The notes: a model not told the origin generated them from the letters alone. Numbered from the stretch's first letter, positions 53,868-63,811 are shown. The stretch is DNA of 64,000 bases from Gemmatimonadota bacterium (GCA_040389905.1 JAZJZK010000007.1:441026-505025); one strand, 5' to 3'. Translations and numbers: made by a program.

Positions 53868-55568
53868 GTGAGTGAGCTCGGTTCACTCGTTGCGATCGAC
53901 CAGGCCCATCCCTGGATCTTCAACGACGGCGTCATCGTGACGGGTACGGTGCTGTTTGTGGGCTCCTTCGGCATCGATGCGGCACTTCGGCGAAACGGTC
54001 GCAATGTGATCCTGCGCGTCCTGCTCCTGCTGATGATGACGGTCGTCGCCGGATCCACCGCAATGGTCGGCCTATTTCCGTGGCCAGACCAGCGACATGG
54101 CGGCCCCGACCCGTTCGGCGGCCCGGGAGTAGTCGCGGTCGCGTTCCTGCTCACGCCAGTGCTGTTGACGCTCGCCATGTGGAAGAGCGGCGATCGCATC
54201 CTGCGCGCGTGCCTGCTCGGAAACATCGTTCTGCTGGTCGCGCTCACGCTCGTCAGGAGTAATGTCACGGGGGTTGTGCGCGGAGGCCCGTCTGAAGGGC
54301 TCGTGCAGCAACTGTTCGCCGTCGTCACATATTTGCCAATTGGCCTGTGCTCGGCGTACCTGCTCGGCAGCGCACGCGCGTGGCGGCGGATCGGCATGAT
54401 TGCGGCAACTGGCATCGTCGCGATCGCCGGCGCATCCTCTGCGCGCGCGACTCAGGAGCGGCGCACCTTCGACGCTCACCAACAGCTTCCCAATGGAGCA
54501 GCCGACATCAGTGCCGGCCTCGACTCGATTCGCCGTCGCACGGGGATGCCGGCGTTTGCGGGCGCCGTGTTTGGGCCTCGCGGTCTGGTCGCGAGCGGCG
54601 CCACCGGCGTGCGAAAGCTCGGTGACACCACTCGCGTGTTGCCATCTGACCGCTGGCGATTGTGGTCCGATACAAAGGCGATGACGGCGGTGCTGATCGG
54701 CATGTACGTCGACGCTGGACAACTATCCTGGGACGCAACGCTGCCAACGCTGTTTCCGTCCATCGAACACATGGATCCGCGCTTCAAAGCAGTGACGCTC
54801 GCGCAGTTGCTCGCGCATCGTTCGGGCATCGGTGAAGATCCCGTTCTCCCTCCGAGCGCCAGCTATCAGTATGACTATCCAGGCGCGCGCGAGTTGCTGA
54901 GTGACTCGATGCGACCGCCGCAGGCGATTCGGGCAGCGCTAGCGAGTCTCGCACTCACGCACGCACCCTACTACGCACCCGGCTCGCGCTTCGAGTACTC
55001 CAGTTGGAATTACATCATTGCGAGCTCCATCGTGGAGCGACTCTCAGGCAAGCCGTGGGAAGAACTGCTCTCGTCGCGGATCTTTCTGCCACTCGGAATG
55101 ACGAGCTGTGGGTTTGGTTTTCCGCCCTCGCATGGGATGCCAACCGAACCGTGGGACCACCTTGGGTCCACCCCGATTTCGCCGGGAATTCACGTGGCGC
55201 CACAGTCGGACATTACTCGCACATACGGCCCGTCGTCGACGGTGGTGTGCACACTGAACGACTGGGGAAAGTTTCTCGCGCTCTTCTTTCGTGATGGTCG
55301 GCGTGACCTGATTTCGCAGACTGCCCTCGATCGTATTACGGCGCCAGCATCATCGAACAACTATGCGATGGGCTGGTTCAGTGGTCCCCGGCGGGGATTC
55401 GAGGGGACGCTCTTGTGCCATACCGGTACGAACAACCTCTCGATGGCCATGGCCTGGGTCGCGCCCGGTCGCAGTCGGGCGTACATGGTGACGGCGAATA
55501 GCTTCACGCCAGGTACATCAGAGATCGCCATGGCGACGCTCGCCAGGCTTGCACGAACATTTCCCTGA
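53868..55568 (+). CDS. beta-lactamase-family serine hydrolase fused to an N-terminal multi-TM domain
   Basis: About 6 TMs in the first 190 aa; SDTK (SxxK), LLAHRSG, YSS, HTG. Confidence 0.8.
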   Translation: MSELGSLVAIDQAHPWIFNDGVIVTGTVLFVGSFGIDAALRRNGRNVILRVLLLLMMTVVAGSTAMVGLFPWPDQRHGGPDPFGGPGVVAVAFLLTPVLLTLAMWKSGDRILRACLLGNIVLLVALTLVRSNVTGVVRGGPSEGLVQQLFAVVTYLPIGLCSAYLLGSARAWRRIGMIAATGIVAIAGASSARATQERRTFDAHQQLPNGAADISAGLDSIRRRTGMPAFAGAVFGPRGLVASGATGVRKLGDTTRVLPSDRWRLWSDTKAMTAVLIGMYVDAGQLSWDATLPTLFPSIEHMDPRFKAVTLAQLLAHRSGIGEDPVLPPSASYQYDYPGARELLSDSMRPPQAIRAALASLALTHAPYYAPGSRFEYSSWNYIIASSIVERLSGKPWEELLSSRIFLPLGMTSCGFGFPPSHGMPTEPWDHLGSTPISPGIHVAPQSDITRTYGPSSTVVCTLNDWGKFLALFFRDGRRDLISQTALDRITAPASSNNYAMGWFSGPRRGFEGTLLCHTGTNNLSMAMAWVAPGRSRAYMVTANSFTPGTSEIAMATLARLARTFP

Positions 55569-55609
55569 CGCTGAGTGAGAAGGCGCAACGGGCACGTTGG
55601 ATCGAGCGA

Positions 55610-56026
55610 TCATCCGCGCCCGTTGTAGAAGCTGGGGCGTCCGCGCAGTTGGAGAAGCGCGTGAACCACCAACTCGATCACGACGAAGCCGATTCCTGCA
55701 AGCCACCAGGCGGGCCATTGCGCCCGCTGTGGTGCCAGCAAATCAGCAGTGAGCGCCATGCAACGCACAAACGCGACGCCGGCGGCAAACCATGTGGCGA
55801 GACGCGCGATGACGAGCCGGGATCGGGTGCGTTCGAGTCGAGGACGGAGCGATGTGAGATACCAAAGCTCCACGTAATGTCCACCGAGTGAGGGCCAGAA
55901 CGCGCAGAGCGTGCCCAGCGGCCATGCGACAATTCCATGCGTCCAGCGCCCAATGGCAGCGCCGGCCGCCATCGCGATGATTGTCGTGCGCAGGAGCGTG
56001 GTGGCGAGTGGCTCGATAGATCTCAT
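55610..56026 (-). CDS. hypothetical membrane protein
   Basis: About 4 hydrophobic segments; WPSLGGHYVELWY, IELVVH...RPSFYNGRG. Confidence 0.65.
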   Translation of the reverse strand: MRSIEPLATTLLRTTIIAMAAGAAIGRWTHGIVAWPLGTLCAFWPSLGGHYVELWYLTSLRPRLERTRSRLVIARLATWFAAGVAFVRCMALTADLLAPQRAQWPAWWLAGIGFVVIELVVHALLQLRGRPSFYNGRG

Positions 56027-56190
56027 CGTCCTGTGCGATCGTGGTGAGTAAGAGTGGGCGACGCCGTCACGTTCAAGTCGGCGGAAAGGTAGATACACCT
56101 CGACCGTCCGTCGACCACAACGCGTGCGGCACCAACTTGGTTCACCACGATCAGAGGCGCGTCGCGCGTATCAGCGCGCAGCAGAGCAAA

Positions 56191-56254
56191 AGTCGTGTGC
56201 GAACATGACCTCTTGTCCGCATCTTGATTTCGCGCCTTGCCATGGCGAATACTT
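56191..56254 (+). promoter_or_regulatory. conserved promoter module, copy 2
   Basis: AGTCGTGTGCGAACATGACCTCTT-N9-TTGATTTC-N13-GCGAATACTT, collinear with 44569-44632. Confidence 0.75.
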
Positions 56255-56274
56255 CCGATTGTCCCGACACCCGA

Positions 56275-57849
56275 GTGAACACAGTGGCCATTAGTTCTTC
56301 TCGCGTACGACTCGCTGCATGTGCCCTGCTCGCCGCAGCGTGCACGACGGCCTCGCAAGCGAATCCTCCCTCAGCAGCGTCCGCCGCAGCGACGCCGTCC
56401 GGCGGTCTCACCGCGGATCAGGATCGCACGCGACTCATGAAACTCCTTGGCATGGAAAGCATGCGGCGGGGTGCGGCCGGGAGCGACACCGCGTCGCCCT
56501 ACTACGCCAACTATCATGAGGAGAAAGCGAACCCATATCCGACCCTTCCCGATCCGCTGCTGACGCAGGCGCGTGAGCGCGTCACCACACCGGAGCAGTG
56601 GTGGTCGGTTCGCCGTCCTGAGATCGTCGAGCTCATGGATCGCGAAGTCTACGGTCGCGTTCCAAAGGATGTTCCGGCGGTGACGTGGCAAGTGAAGAGC
56701 ACCACCGACACGATGTTTGGTGAAGTACCCGTCATTCGAAAGGACCTGGTTGGTCGCGCCGACAATTCCGCGTATCCCGCACTGACCGTTGAGATTCTTG
56801 CGAGCGTGACCACGCCGAAGAACGCGCGCGGGAAGGTCCCGGTCATGCTCATCTTCAGTGGCGGCGGATTTGGCGCACCAACGGCGGCGAGTGGCGGTAC
56901 GACGACTCCGGCCGCGTGCACTCCACCGCCGAATCCAAATGCACCGGCCGGCCGTGCTGGCGGGGCGGTGGGAGGTCGTACCGGTGCTCCGCCAGCCGGA
57001 GCCGCCGGCGCCGGCGGACGTGCTGGTGGCCCGCCGGCTGCCGGCGCCGCCGGTGGGCGCGCTGGTGGTCCTCCTGGAGGTGGTCGCGGCGGCCAGCAAG
57101 GCCCGTCGTGGCAGGCGCAGGCACTCTCGCGTGGGTGGGGCTTTGCGTCGCTCAACACGGGCAGCGTGCAGCGCGACAACGGATGCGGCCTGACCGCCGG
57201 CATCATCGGGCTTGCGAACAAAGGCCAACCGCGCGCCGTCGACGGCTGGGGAGTGCTCCGCGCATGGGCGTGGGGTGCGAGCCGAGTGCTGGATTATTTC
57301 GAGACGGATCCGAATGTCGATGCGAAGCGCGTCGGGCTCGAGGGTCATTCGCGCTGGGGGAAAGCGACCATCGTTGCAATGGCATACGATCCGCGCTTCT
57401 CGATCGCGTATGTCAGTTCGTCGGGTGCCGGTGGAGCGAAGCTCAACCGACGCAACTGGGGCGAGCTCGTCGAGAACGTTGCCGCCACGAGCGAATACCA
57501 TTGGATGGCGGGCAATTACATGAAGTACGCCGGTCCGCTCACGTGGGACGACATGCCGGTGGATGCGCATGAACTGATCGCGATGGCCGCGCCTCGGCCG
57601 GTGTTTATCTCAGGTGGCGCCACGCAGGGAGACGGGTGGGTGGATGCGAAGGGCATGTTCATGGCGGCGGCCGGCGCGCAGCCCGTGTACGCACTGCTTG
57701 GCCGGAAGACGATGGGTACCGACGTCTTTCCGCCGATCGAGAAGGGGCTGATGGACGGTGACATCGCGTTCCGTCAACACGCAGGCGGCCACACCGACCA
57801 GCCGAATTGGACGACGTTCCTGGCCTTCGCCGATCGCTACTGGAAATAG
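56275..57849 (+). CDS. CE15 glucuronoyl-esterase-family lipoprotein with Gly/Pro/Ala-rich insert
   Basis: Lipobox LAAA-C; GVLRAWAWGASRVLDYF, GHSRWGK, SGAGGA, GELVEN, PVDAHELIA, HAGGH. GTG start chosen because the upstream codons lie within the promoter module. Confidence 0.88.
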   Translation: MNTVAISSSRVRLAACALLAAACTTASQANPPSAASAAATPSGGLTADQDRTRLMKLLGMESMRRGAAGSDTASPYYANYHEEKANPYPTLPDPLLTQARERVTTPEQWWSVRRPEIVELMDREVYGRVPKDVPAVTWQVKSTTDTMFGEVPVIRKDLVGRADNSAYPALTVEILASVTTPKNARGKVPVMLIFSGGGFGAPTAASGGTTTPAACTPPPNPNAPAGRAGGAVGGRTGAPPAGAAGAGGRAGGPPAAGAAGGRAGGPPGGGRGGQQGPSWQAQALSRGWGFASLNTGSVQRDNGCGLTAGIIGLANKGQPRAVDGWGVLRAWAWGASRVLDYFETDPNVDAKRVGLEGHSRWGKATIVAMAYDPRFSIAYVSSSGAGGAKLNRRNWGELVENVAATSEYHWMAGNYMKYAGPLTWDDMPVDAHELIAMAAPRPVFISGGATQGDGWVDAKGMFMAAAGAQPVYALLGRKTMGTDVFPPIEKGLMDGDIAFRQHAGGHTDQPNWTTFLAFADRYWK

Positions 57850-58138
57850 CGCTTCCTGTTGCTCGGTTAGAGCTTTTGAACGCAGAAACAGGTAGCCACC
57901 GGCACAGTGCGTTGAATAGAATTGAAGCGGATAGGATCTGACGACGTCCGCGTCGCCCGGCGACAGTGCGTAAGTTGTCGCGTTCGTCGTCGCGAGCGTC
58001 GTGCTTTGGCGTCGCATGTGCCCGCGGCGTGCGCTTCGCATCGATCCCGCCGAGACACTCCGCGCGGATTAACCTCCGGCTATGTTCCGCGCGAAGGCGA
58101 AACCGACTCCATTCAGCGACACTCTCGAAACCGTTCTC

Positions 58139-59134
58139 ATGCGAACCGCGGCCATAGACAACGCGACACTCCTTCTGAGCGCGTCTCAGATCGCCGAGTT
58201 GCTGGACCACAAAGCGCTCCTGCATGGTCTCCGTGAGGCCATGCGCGCGTATGCGAACAGCGATGTTCCGCGCGGGCAGCGAGCACACAGCCCCGTGAAT
58301 GACAACGTCGCGCAGTCGGTCATGATCGTGTTTCCCGGACTCATTCCGGGAATCCCTGCCTATACAGTGAAGGTGAACGCGAAGCTTCCGTGGGCCACAC
58401 CGTCCGTGTTGGGGCTCGTGAACCTGCACGATTCCGCAACTGGGAGGCCGCTCGCGATCATGGATTCCGGGATTATCACGGAGGTTCGCACCGCACTCGT
58501 CGGTGGCATTGCGGCCGACGCGCTCGCCCGCCGCTCGATCGATACCGTTGCGATCATCGGAGCCGGCGTGCAGGGACGCGCGCAACTCCGAACGTTGCGA
58601 ATGGTGCGTGAGTTCAGCGCGGTGCGCGTATTCGATCTGCACGCCGAGCGCGCAGCGCGCCTCATCGAGGATGTCTCGCCCGTGATCGATGCGACCTTCA
58701 GCATTGTGGACTCGCCAGAGGCCGCCGTTCGAGATGCCGATGTCATCATCACGGCGACGTGGGCGAAGGCGCCGTTCCTGACGCGAGACATGATCAAGGC
58801 CGGCGCGCACATTACTGCCGTGGGCGCGGACGAACCGGGAAAGGCTGAGCTCTCCGCGGATCTCATCCTTGGGTCGCGATTCGTCTGCGACGATCCCGAT
58901 CTCGCACTGAGCATGGGAGCACTCGCCGGAGTCTCACTGGGCCGCGACGCCATCCATGCATCCCTCGGCCACGTTTTGGGCGACGCTTCGCTCGGGCGGC
59001 AGAGCGATGACGACATCACGATCTTCGGAAGCGTCGGACTCCCCTGTCAGGATCTCGCCGCAGTGTGGCAGGTCTATCAAGCTGCGCTCGAGCATGGTGC
59101 TGGCACGCATTTCACTTTTCCGGCGACCGAATAG
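58139..59134 (+). CDS. ornithine cyclodeaminase/mu-crystallin-family protein
   Basis: ITEVRTA, IIGAGVQG, GAHITAVGAD, IFGSVGLPCQDLA. Confidence 0.9.
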   Translation: MRTAAIDNATLLLSASQIAELLDHKALLHGLREAMRAYANSDVPRGQRAHSPVNDNVAQSVMIVFPGLIPGIPAYTVKVNAKLPWATPSVLGLVNLHDSATGRPLAIMDSGIITEVRTALVGGIAADALARRSIDTVAIIGAGVQGRAQLRTLRMVREFSAVRVFDLHAERAARLIEDVSPVIDATFSIVDSPEAAVRDADVIITATWAKAPFLTRDMIKAGAHITAVGADEPGKAELSADLILGSRFVCDDPDLALSMGALAGVSLGRDAIHASLGHVLGDASLGRQSDDDITIFGSVGLPCQDLAAVWQVYQAALEHGAGTHFTFPATE

Positions 59135-59192
59135 CCCGGCTCGATGAGGAACACCGGTATTCCCCGCACACCGCGCCGCCGCGGTGCAACCG

Positions 59193-60515
59193 CTATCGCT
59201 GGGGAAGCACGCATCCCTGCTTCACTCGCATGCGAACCGAATCCAACGTCGCCATTTGTCTGAAAGGGTTCTGGTCGAACGCCAGGAAACTTGCCTCGTA
59301 CCCATCGGCGAGCTTGCCGATCAGCCGACCGGGATACATCGACTGCGGCGTGCCCTCGTACCACATCCGCAGCAGTTCGCGATCGCTCCACACACCAAGT
59401 GCACGGAGCGCGTCTATTTCGCGCCGCCCAGTGGAGCCGAACATGTCCGGTCCGATCGCGAATCGCGCACCATATTTGGCGAGGAGGGCAAGGTTCTTAC
59501 GCTGGACGGCGAGGTCCCGCGCCCGTCCGATCGGATCGTTCGGTTGGAAGTCCGCCTCTACCGCGGCCGTTGGAATCACGACGATCCCTCGCTCGCCGAC
59601 CATCCGCGCCGTGGCATCACCAATCGAGAACTCCGCTTCGCGACCCTCGGGTATTCCGTATCCGATCGAATGCGCGAGGACGTCGACCCCGGCGTTCACG
59701 GCGACCTCGAAGTCATGCCGCGTATCGACATGTGCGGCGACGCGAAGTCCCGACGCGTGCGCACGTGCGACGATGGCAGGCACGAGCTCGGGACGCAGGC
59801 CCTTCACGTACCACGCATCCTTCGTCCACGACACACGTTCTGCGCCGTCTTCGGAGTAGACAAGGATGATCTTCAAGATATCCGGATGCCCCGCGACGAT
59901 CGCCGGCCATTTCGCGTTCAGGTCGGCGATGGAGTCGATAAACCAGTACGCGTCATTCTCGGCGATGCGACTTGCCTTCAACTCCGCGACCCGTGGACCG
60001 AGTGCCTGTTGCAGGTCGAAGATGCCCATCGCCTTCGACTCGGCGTTCTCGAATCCGTGACCGAGTGTGGACGTGAGCGGCCCGTGTGCCCACGCGACAT
60101 CGAGTGTACAAGGCGTGTTGAACTGCGAGCGGATCTTGTCGGATGCCGATTTCCGTTCGCCGAGTACCTGTACGTAGAACGTGCCTTCGGCGACATACTT
60201 CGCACGATACGGATCCAGCGTATTCAGGGAGCCGAGCATGTGGTTGTGCGCGTCGGCGAAGGGCGGAATGATGAAGCGGCCCTGTAGGTCAACGACGGTG
60301 TCGACGTGTGCCGGCCGCGCACTCGTCAGGATTCCGCGAACGGCGTAGAACGTTCTGTCCTCGAATGACTCGTTGGTCAGCCATCGGCCATTCGCGAACT
60401 CCATCGTGACCGCAGTTGGGTTTTCACGCACCCAGCCTGCTTCCGGAGCGGGCTTCGTTTGAATTGATCGGCAGGATGGTATGCCAAGGAGAGCGACCAA
60501 CAACACAGCGCGCAT
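59193..60515 (-). CDS. amidohydrolase-family protein, probable lipoprotein
   Basis: GIPS-C; DLQGRFIIPPFADAHNH, LKI, AAHV, LAHS, IGPD, IGKLADGYEASF. Confidence 0.85.
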   Translation of the reverse strand: MRAVLLVALLGIPSCRSIQTKPAPEAGWVRENPTAVTMEFANGRWLTNESFEDRTFYAVRGILTSARPAHVDTVVDLQGRFIIPPFADAHNHMLGSLNTLDPYRAKYVAEGTFYVQVLGERKSASDKIRSQFNTPCTLDVAWAHGPLTSTLGHGFENAESKAMGIFDLQQALGPRVAELKASRIAENDAYWFIDSIADLNAKWPAIVAGHPDILKIILVYSEDGAERVSWTKDAWYVKGLRPELVPAIVARAHASGLRVAAHVDTRHDFEVAVNAGVDVLAHSIGYGIPEGREAEFSIGDATARMVGERGIVVIPTAAVEADFQPNDPIGRARDLAVQRKNLALLAKYGARFAIGPDMFGSTGRREIDALRALGVWSDRELLRMWYEGTPQSMYPGRLIGKLADGYEASFLAFDQNPFRQMATLDSVRMRVKQGCVLPQR

Positions 60516-60609
60516 CGACGCCTATCACTCGGTGAGGGTGACCGATAGACACGTCGGGCGTGCTGAGCGTTGTCAGTGTCTGAGGAGCTGGCCACGGTCC
60601 ACGGGTAGT

Positions 60610-60645
60610 AGATCCCGACACTCGCTGCGCTCGCGCGGGATGACA
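60610..60645. repeat. family D REP half-element
   Basis: AGATCCCGACACTCGCTGCGCTCGCGCGGGATGACA resembles the right arm at about 10446-10481. Confidence 0.6.
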
Positions 60646-60840
60646 GCACTACCTCGCGCGAGTCGTGGCGCCTGGTTGCGTTCATGTAAGGTGCAACCGT
60701 GGAGGACCGACGGTATCACACCTTCGGCGATGTGACGACGGTGCAGCTGCGGAAGGAGACCGCACTCCGCGCGCTGCTGACGATGGTGCAGTGGCGGCTT
60801 CTCCAGGACAACACCGGCTCGTTCGAGGAAAAGCCCTACC

Positions 60841-61725
60841 TCAGGGCCGACTCGAGTCCGCGGCTGCTATCGCCTTGCTTATCACGAGCACCGTCCCGGC
60901 GAAGAGCAACGTATCAAACACAAAGTTGATCGCCATGATGCGCTGTTGAACGCTTCCCGCAAGGAAGAAGTCAGGCACGTAGAGCGCGAGCGTCAGCAGC
61001 GTCATGAGCAACCCGCATAGTGCGGCCCCGGCACTTGCAAATCGCTCGATGAACATTGCGATGCCGAAGACAACGAGCAGGACCCCGGTCGCATAGGCCA
61101 AAAGCTGCGGGAGTGGAACCCATGCCGCGGTGAGCACGGGGCTGGGTACGCCCGGCGTAAACTCCGGATGCATGATGTGCTGAACGCCATACAGAACGAG
61201 CACACCCGCGGTCCAGATTCTCGCGATCGCGGCAATGGTTCGCGACGTGTCTGGCCAGCGGCCTCTCGTCTCCGTGGCGAACAGCGCCAACGCCCCCATC
61301 GCGAAGGTGGCCTGTCGCGCCGCGAGCGTCCAGTTGAGAAGAACTGCGGGATGCGCAATCGCCGCGGGGAGATCCATCAAGAGAACGAACAACGCGAACA
61401 TGACTGCGAGACTGATCGCCGCCCACCGGATGTAACGCCGGGCGACGAAGCTCGATGCGGCCGCGAGGTGCGCGACGCCGACGAAGTAGGCGATGAACAG
61501 GCGCGCCGGCAGCCATTTCGGGACGATCGAGGCGATGTTTGCCGCGATCGTAAAGTGCTCGCCGGCAAAGGCAGCCAGTGCCGCAGCGACAAAGGTGGGG
61601 CCGAGTACGACGAGTCCGAACGCGTCGCGCGCCGCAGCCGCGCGGACGTCCCGCCGGTAGGTGAGGATTCCCGCGGCAAGAAAGGAAAGGCCCAATAGGG
61701 TCGGCCAGAGTACAGCAGGCGTCAT
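60841..61725 (-). CDS. membrane protein with two DoxX-like repeats
   Basis: AFAGEHF...IVPKWLPARLFIAYFVGV and LYGVQHI...WVPLPQLLAYATGV. Confidence 0.72.
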   Translation of the reverse strand: MTPAVLWPTLLGLSFLAAGILTYRRDVRAAAARDAFGLVVLGPTFVAAALAAFAGEHFTIAANIASIVPKWLPARLFIAYFVGVAHLAAASSFVARRYIRWAAISLAVMFALFVLLMDLPAAIAHPAVLLNWTLAARQATFAMGALALFATETRGRWPDTSRTIAAIARIWTAGVLVLYGVQHIMHPEFTPGVPSPVLTAAWVPLPQLLAYATGVLLVVFGIAMFIERFASAGAALCGLLMTLLTLALYVPDFFLAGSVQQRIMAINFVFDTLLFAGTVLVISKAIAAADSSRP

Positions 61726-62020
61726 GGTACCTCGTGAGAGCGGAGGGCAACGCGCGACACCCTGCGGACCAACGCAGCGTTGCGGCGGTCACTCCTTCAC
61801 CCCACCCCTACCGTGCTGTGGCGCACAGCCCGTCCAAGTGCCCGCACGTGCACCGGTCCACCAACGTGCCGGCACGTGGGCATTGCTCGAGAGTGCAGAA
61901 TCTCGGTCTGCACCGAGCGTCTAAGGAGGCCCGTCGTTGGAGAAGAATGACTCACACCGTGTCTTGACGACGACTGAATACGGTCGTAGAGTCCCGAACT
62001 CGTCGGAAATAGTTCGCGCA

Positions 62021-62081
62021 AGGTCATATTTCCTGATGACTCGCATCTGAATTGATTCGATGGTGGCAAAGCCAATGGAAT
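62021..62081 (+). promoter_or_regulatory. conserved promoter module, copy 3
   Basis: AGGTCATATTTCCTGATGACT (17/21 to the reverse complement of 44569-44589), then TTGATT (62052)-N18-TGGAAT. Confidence 0.65.
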
Positions 62082-62218
62082 TCGCGATCTCGGATTGTCG
62101 CGTCAGGAAGACGTCGAGCGCGCGAGAGGGCTGACGGCAGCGCGCCTCAATCGACGAACGCCCGCGCGTCGGCGTACTGTGATCAGCGCTGACCGGTCCA
62201 CCCTTCACAGACTCCGAC

Positions 62219-63811
62219 ATGACCCTGTCAATTGAATCCGTCGGCCGTCGGCTGGCTCGCACGCTCGGCGTCGCGGCGGCTGCCGGCGTCGCGTTGTCCG
62301 CAACTGCGGCGACCCCGTCCGTAGCAACGGCGCAAATGGACACGCAACTGGCGCTTCACGCCGATCGAGGTCGCGACACGATCAGCAAACACATTTACGG
62401 GCAGTTCGCCGAACATCTTGGTCGGCTGGTCTATGACGGTGTCTGGACTCGCTCGTCGGCGTCAGCGCCATGGCAGATTCGCCAGGACGTGCTTCAGGCG
62501 CTGAAGAAGATCCAGGTTCCGAACATTCGCTGGCCGGGTGGTTGCTTCGCCGACACATATCACTGGCGCGATGGTGTGGGGCCGCGCGAGCAACGGCCGA
62601 GCATCGTGAACACCAACTGGGGCGGCGTGACCGAGGACAACGGCGTTGGAACACACGAGTTTCTGGCGCTGACCAAGGCGCTGGGTGCGGAGCCCTTCAT
62701 TGTCGGAAATGTCGGAAGCGGCACCGTTCAGGAAATGCACGACTGGTGGGAGTATGTGAATCACCCCGGATCGAGCCCAATGGCAGACCTGCGCCGCAAG
62801 AACGGTCAGGACGAACCGTTCAAGGTTCGCTGGTGGGGAATCGGGAACGAAGCATGGGGTTGCGGTGGCAACATGCGGCCGGAGTATTACGCCGACGAAT
62901 TGAAGCGTTACGGGACGTATCTGCCGGGGTACGCGGGAACGCGTCCCTTTCGCGTCGCCGTCGGCCCGTCGGATGGCGATTACAACTGGATGGAAGTCGT
63001 GATGCGCGATGCCGGCCGGATGATCGATGGGATCGACATGCATCACTACACGATCGCGGGAACGTGGGCGGTGAAGGGGCCCGCCACCGGCTTCACCGAG
63101 ATGCAGTGGTTCCGCGCGATGCGGAGTGCGCTCGCCGTGGACGAGATGATCACGCGACACGCTGCCATCATGGACAAGTACGATGCGCGAAAGCGTGTGG
63201 CGCTGATCGTCGGCGAATGGGGCATCTGGCATGACGCGGAGCCGGGCAGTCGCCCCGGATTTCTGTATCAGCAGAACGCCATGCGCGACGCACTCGTCGC
63301 GTCGGCGTCGCTCGACATCTTCAACAGGCACGCCGATCGCGTGCGTGGCGCGAACATCGCCCAGATGGTGAACGTGCTCCAGTCGATGATTCTCACTCAG
63401 GGCAGCCAGATGGTGCTCACGCCCACGTACCACGTGTTCGAGTTCTACACCGTTCACCACGACGCGGTGCTGCTTCCGATCACCGTCACGAGCGCCGGGT
63501 GGTATCGCATGGGCACCGATTCCGTGCCGGCGGTCAGTGCGTCGGCGTCGCGTGACCGGAGCGGCAAAATGCATGTGACGATGAGCAACCTCGATCCGAA
63601 CGGTGCGCGCACCGTGACTGTCGACATCCAGGGCGCGACAGCCACCAGTGCCACCGGACGTATTCTCACCGGTCCGGCGATGGGAGCATTCAACAGCTTC
63701 GACAAGCCGGAGGTTGTGAAGCCGGAATCATTCACTGGTGCGCGCATCGCGAACGGACAGCTCACGGTCACACTTCCCGCACATTCGATTATCGTCCTCG
63801 AACTCCGGTGA
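62219..63811 (+). CDS. GH51 alpha-L-arabinofuranosidase with export signal
   Basis: IYGQFAEHLG, RWPGGCFADTYHWRDG, WGIGNEAWGCGG, GEWG, NIAQMVNVLQ. Confidence 0.95.
   Translation: MTLSIESVGRRLARTLGVAAAAGVALSATAATPSVATAQMDTQLALHADRGRDTISKHIYGQFAEHLGRLVYDGVWTRSSASAPWQIRQDVLQALKKIQVPNIRWPGGCFADTYHWRDGVGPREQRPSIVNTNWGGVTEDNGVGTHEFLALTKALGAEPFIVGNVGSGTVQEMHDWWEYVNHPGSSPMADLRRKNGQDEPFKVRWWGIGNEAWGCGGNMRPEYYADELKRYGTYLPGYAGTRPFRVAVGPSDGDYNWMEVVMRDAGRMIDGIDMHHYTIAGTWAVKGPATGFTEMQWFRAMRSALAVDEMITRHAAIMDKYDARKRVALIVGEWGIWHDAEPGSRPGFLYQQNAMRDALVASASLDIFNRHADRVRGANIAQMVNVLQSMILTQGSQMVLTPTYHVFEFYTVHHDAVLLPITVTSAGWYRMGTDSVPAVSASASRDRSGKMHVTMSNLDPNGARTVTVDIQGATATSATGRILTGPAMGAFNSFDKPEVVKPESFTGARIANGQLTVTLPAHSIIVLELR

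Noticed and set aside
60699..60929. 76-aa plus-strand ORF
   Set aside because: No recognisable family, and it overlaps the 3' end of the DoxX-like gene; at most a fragment.
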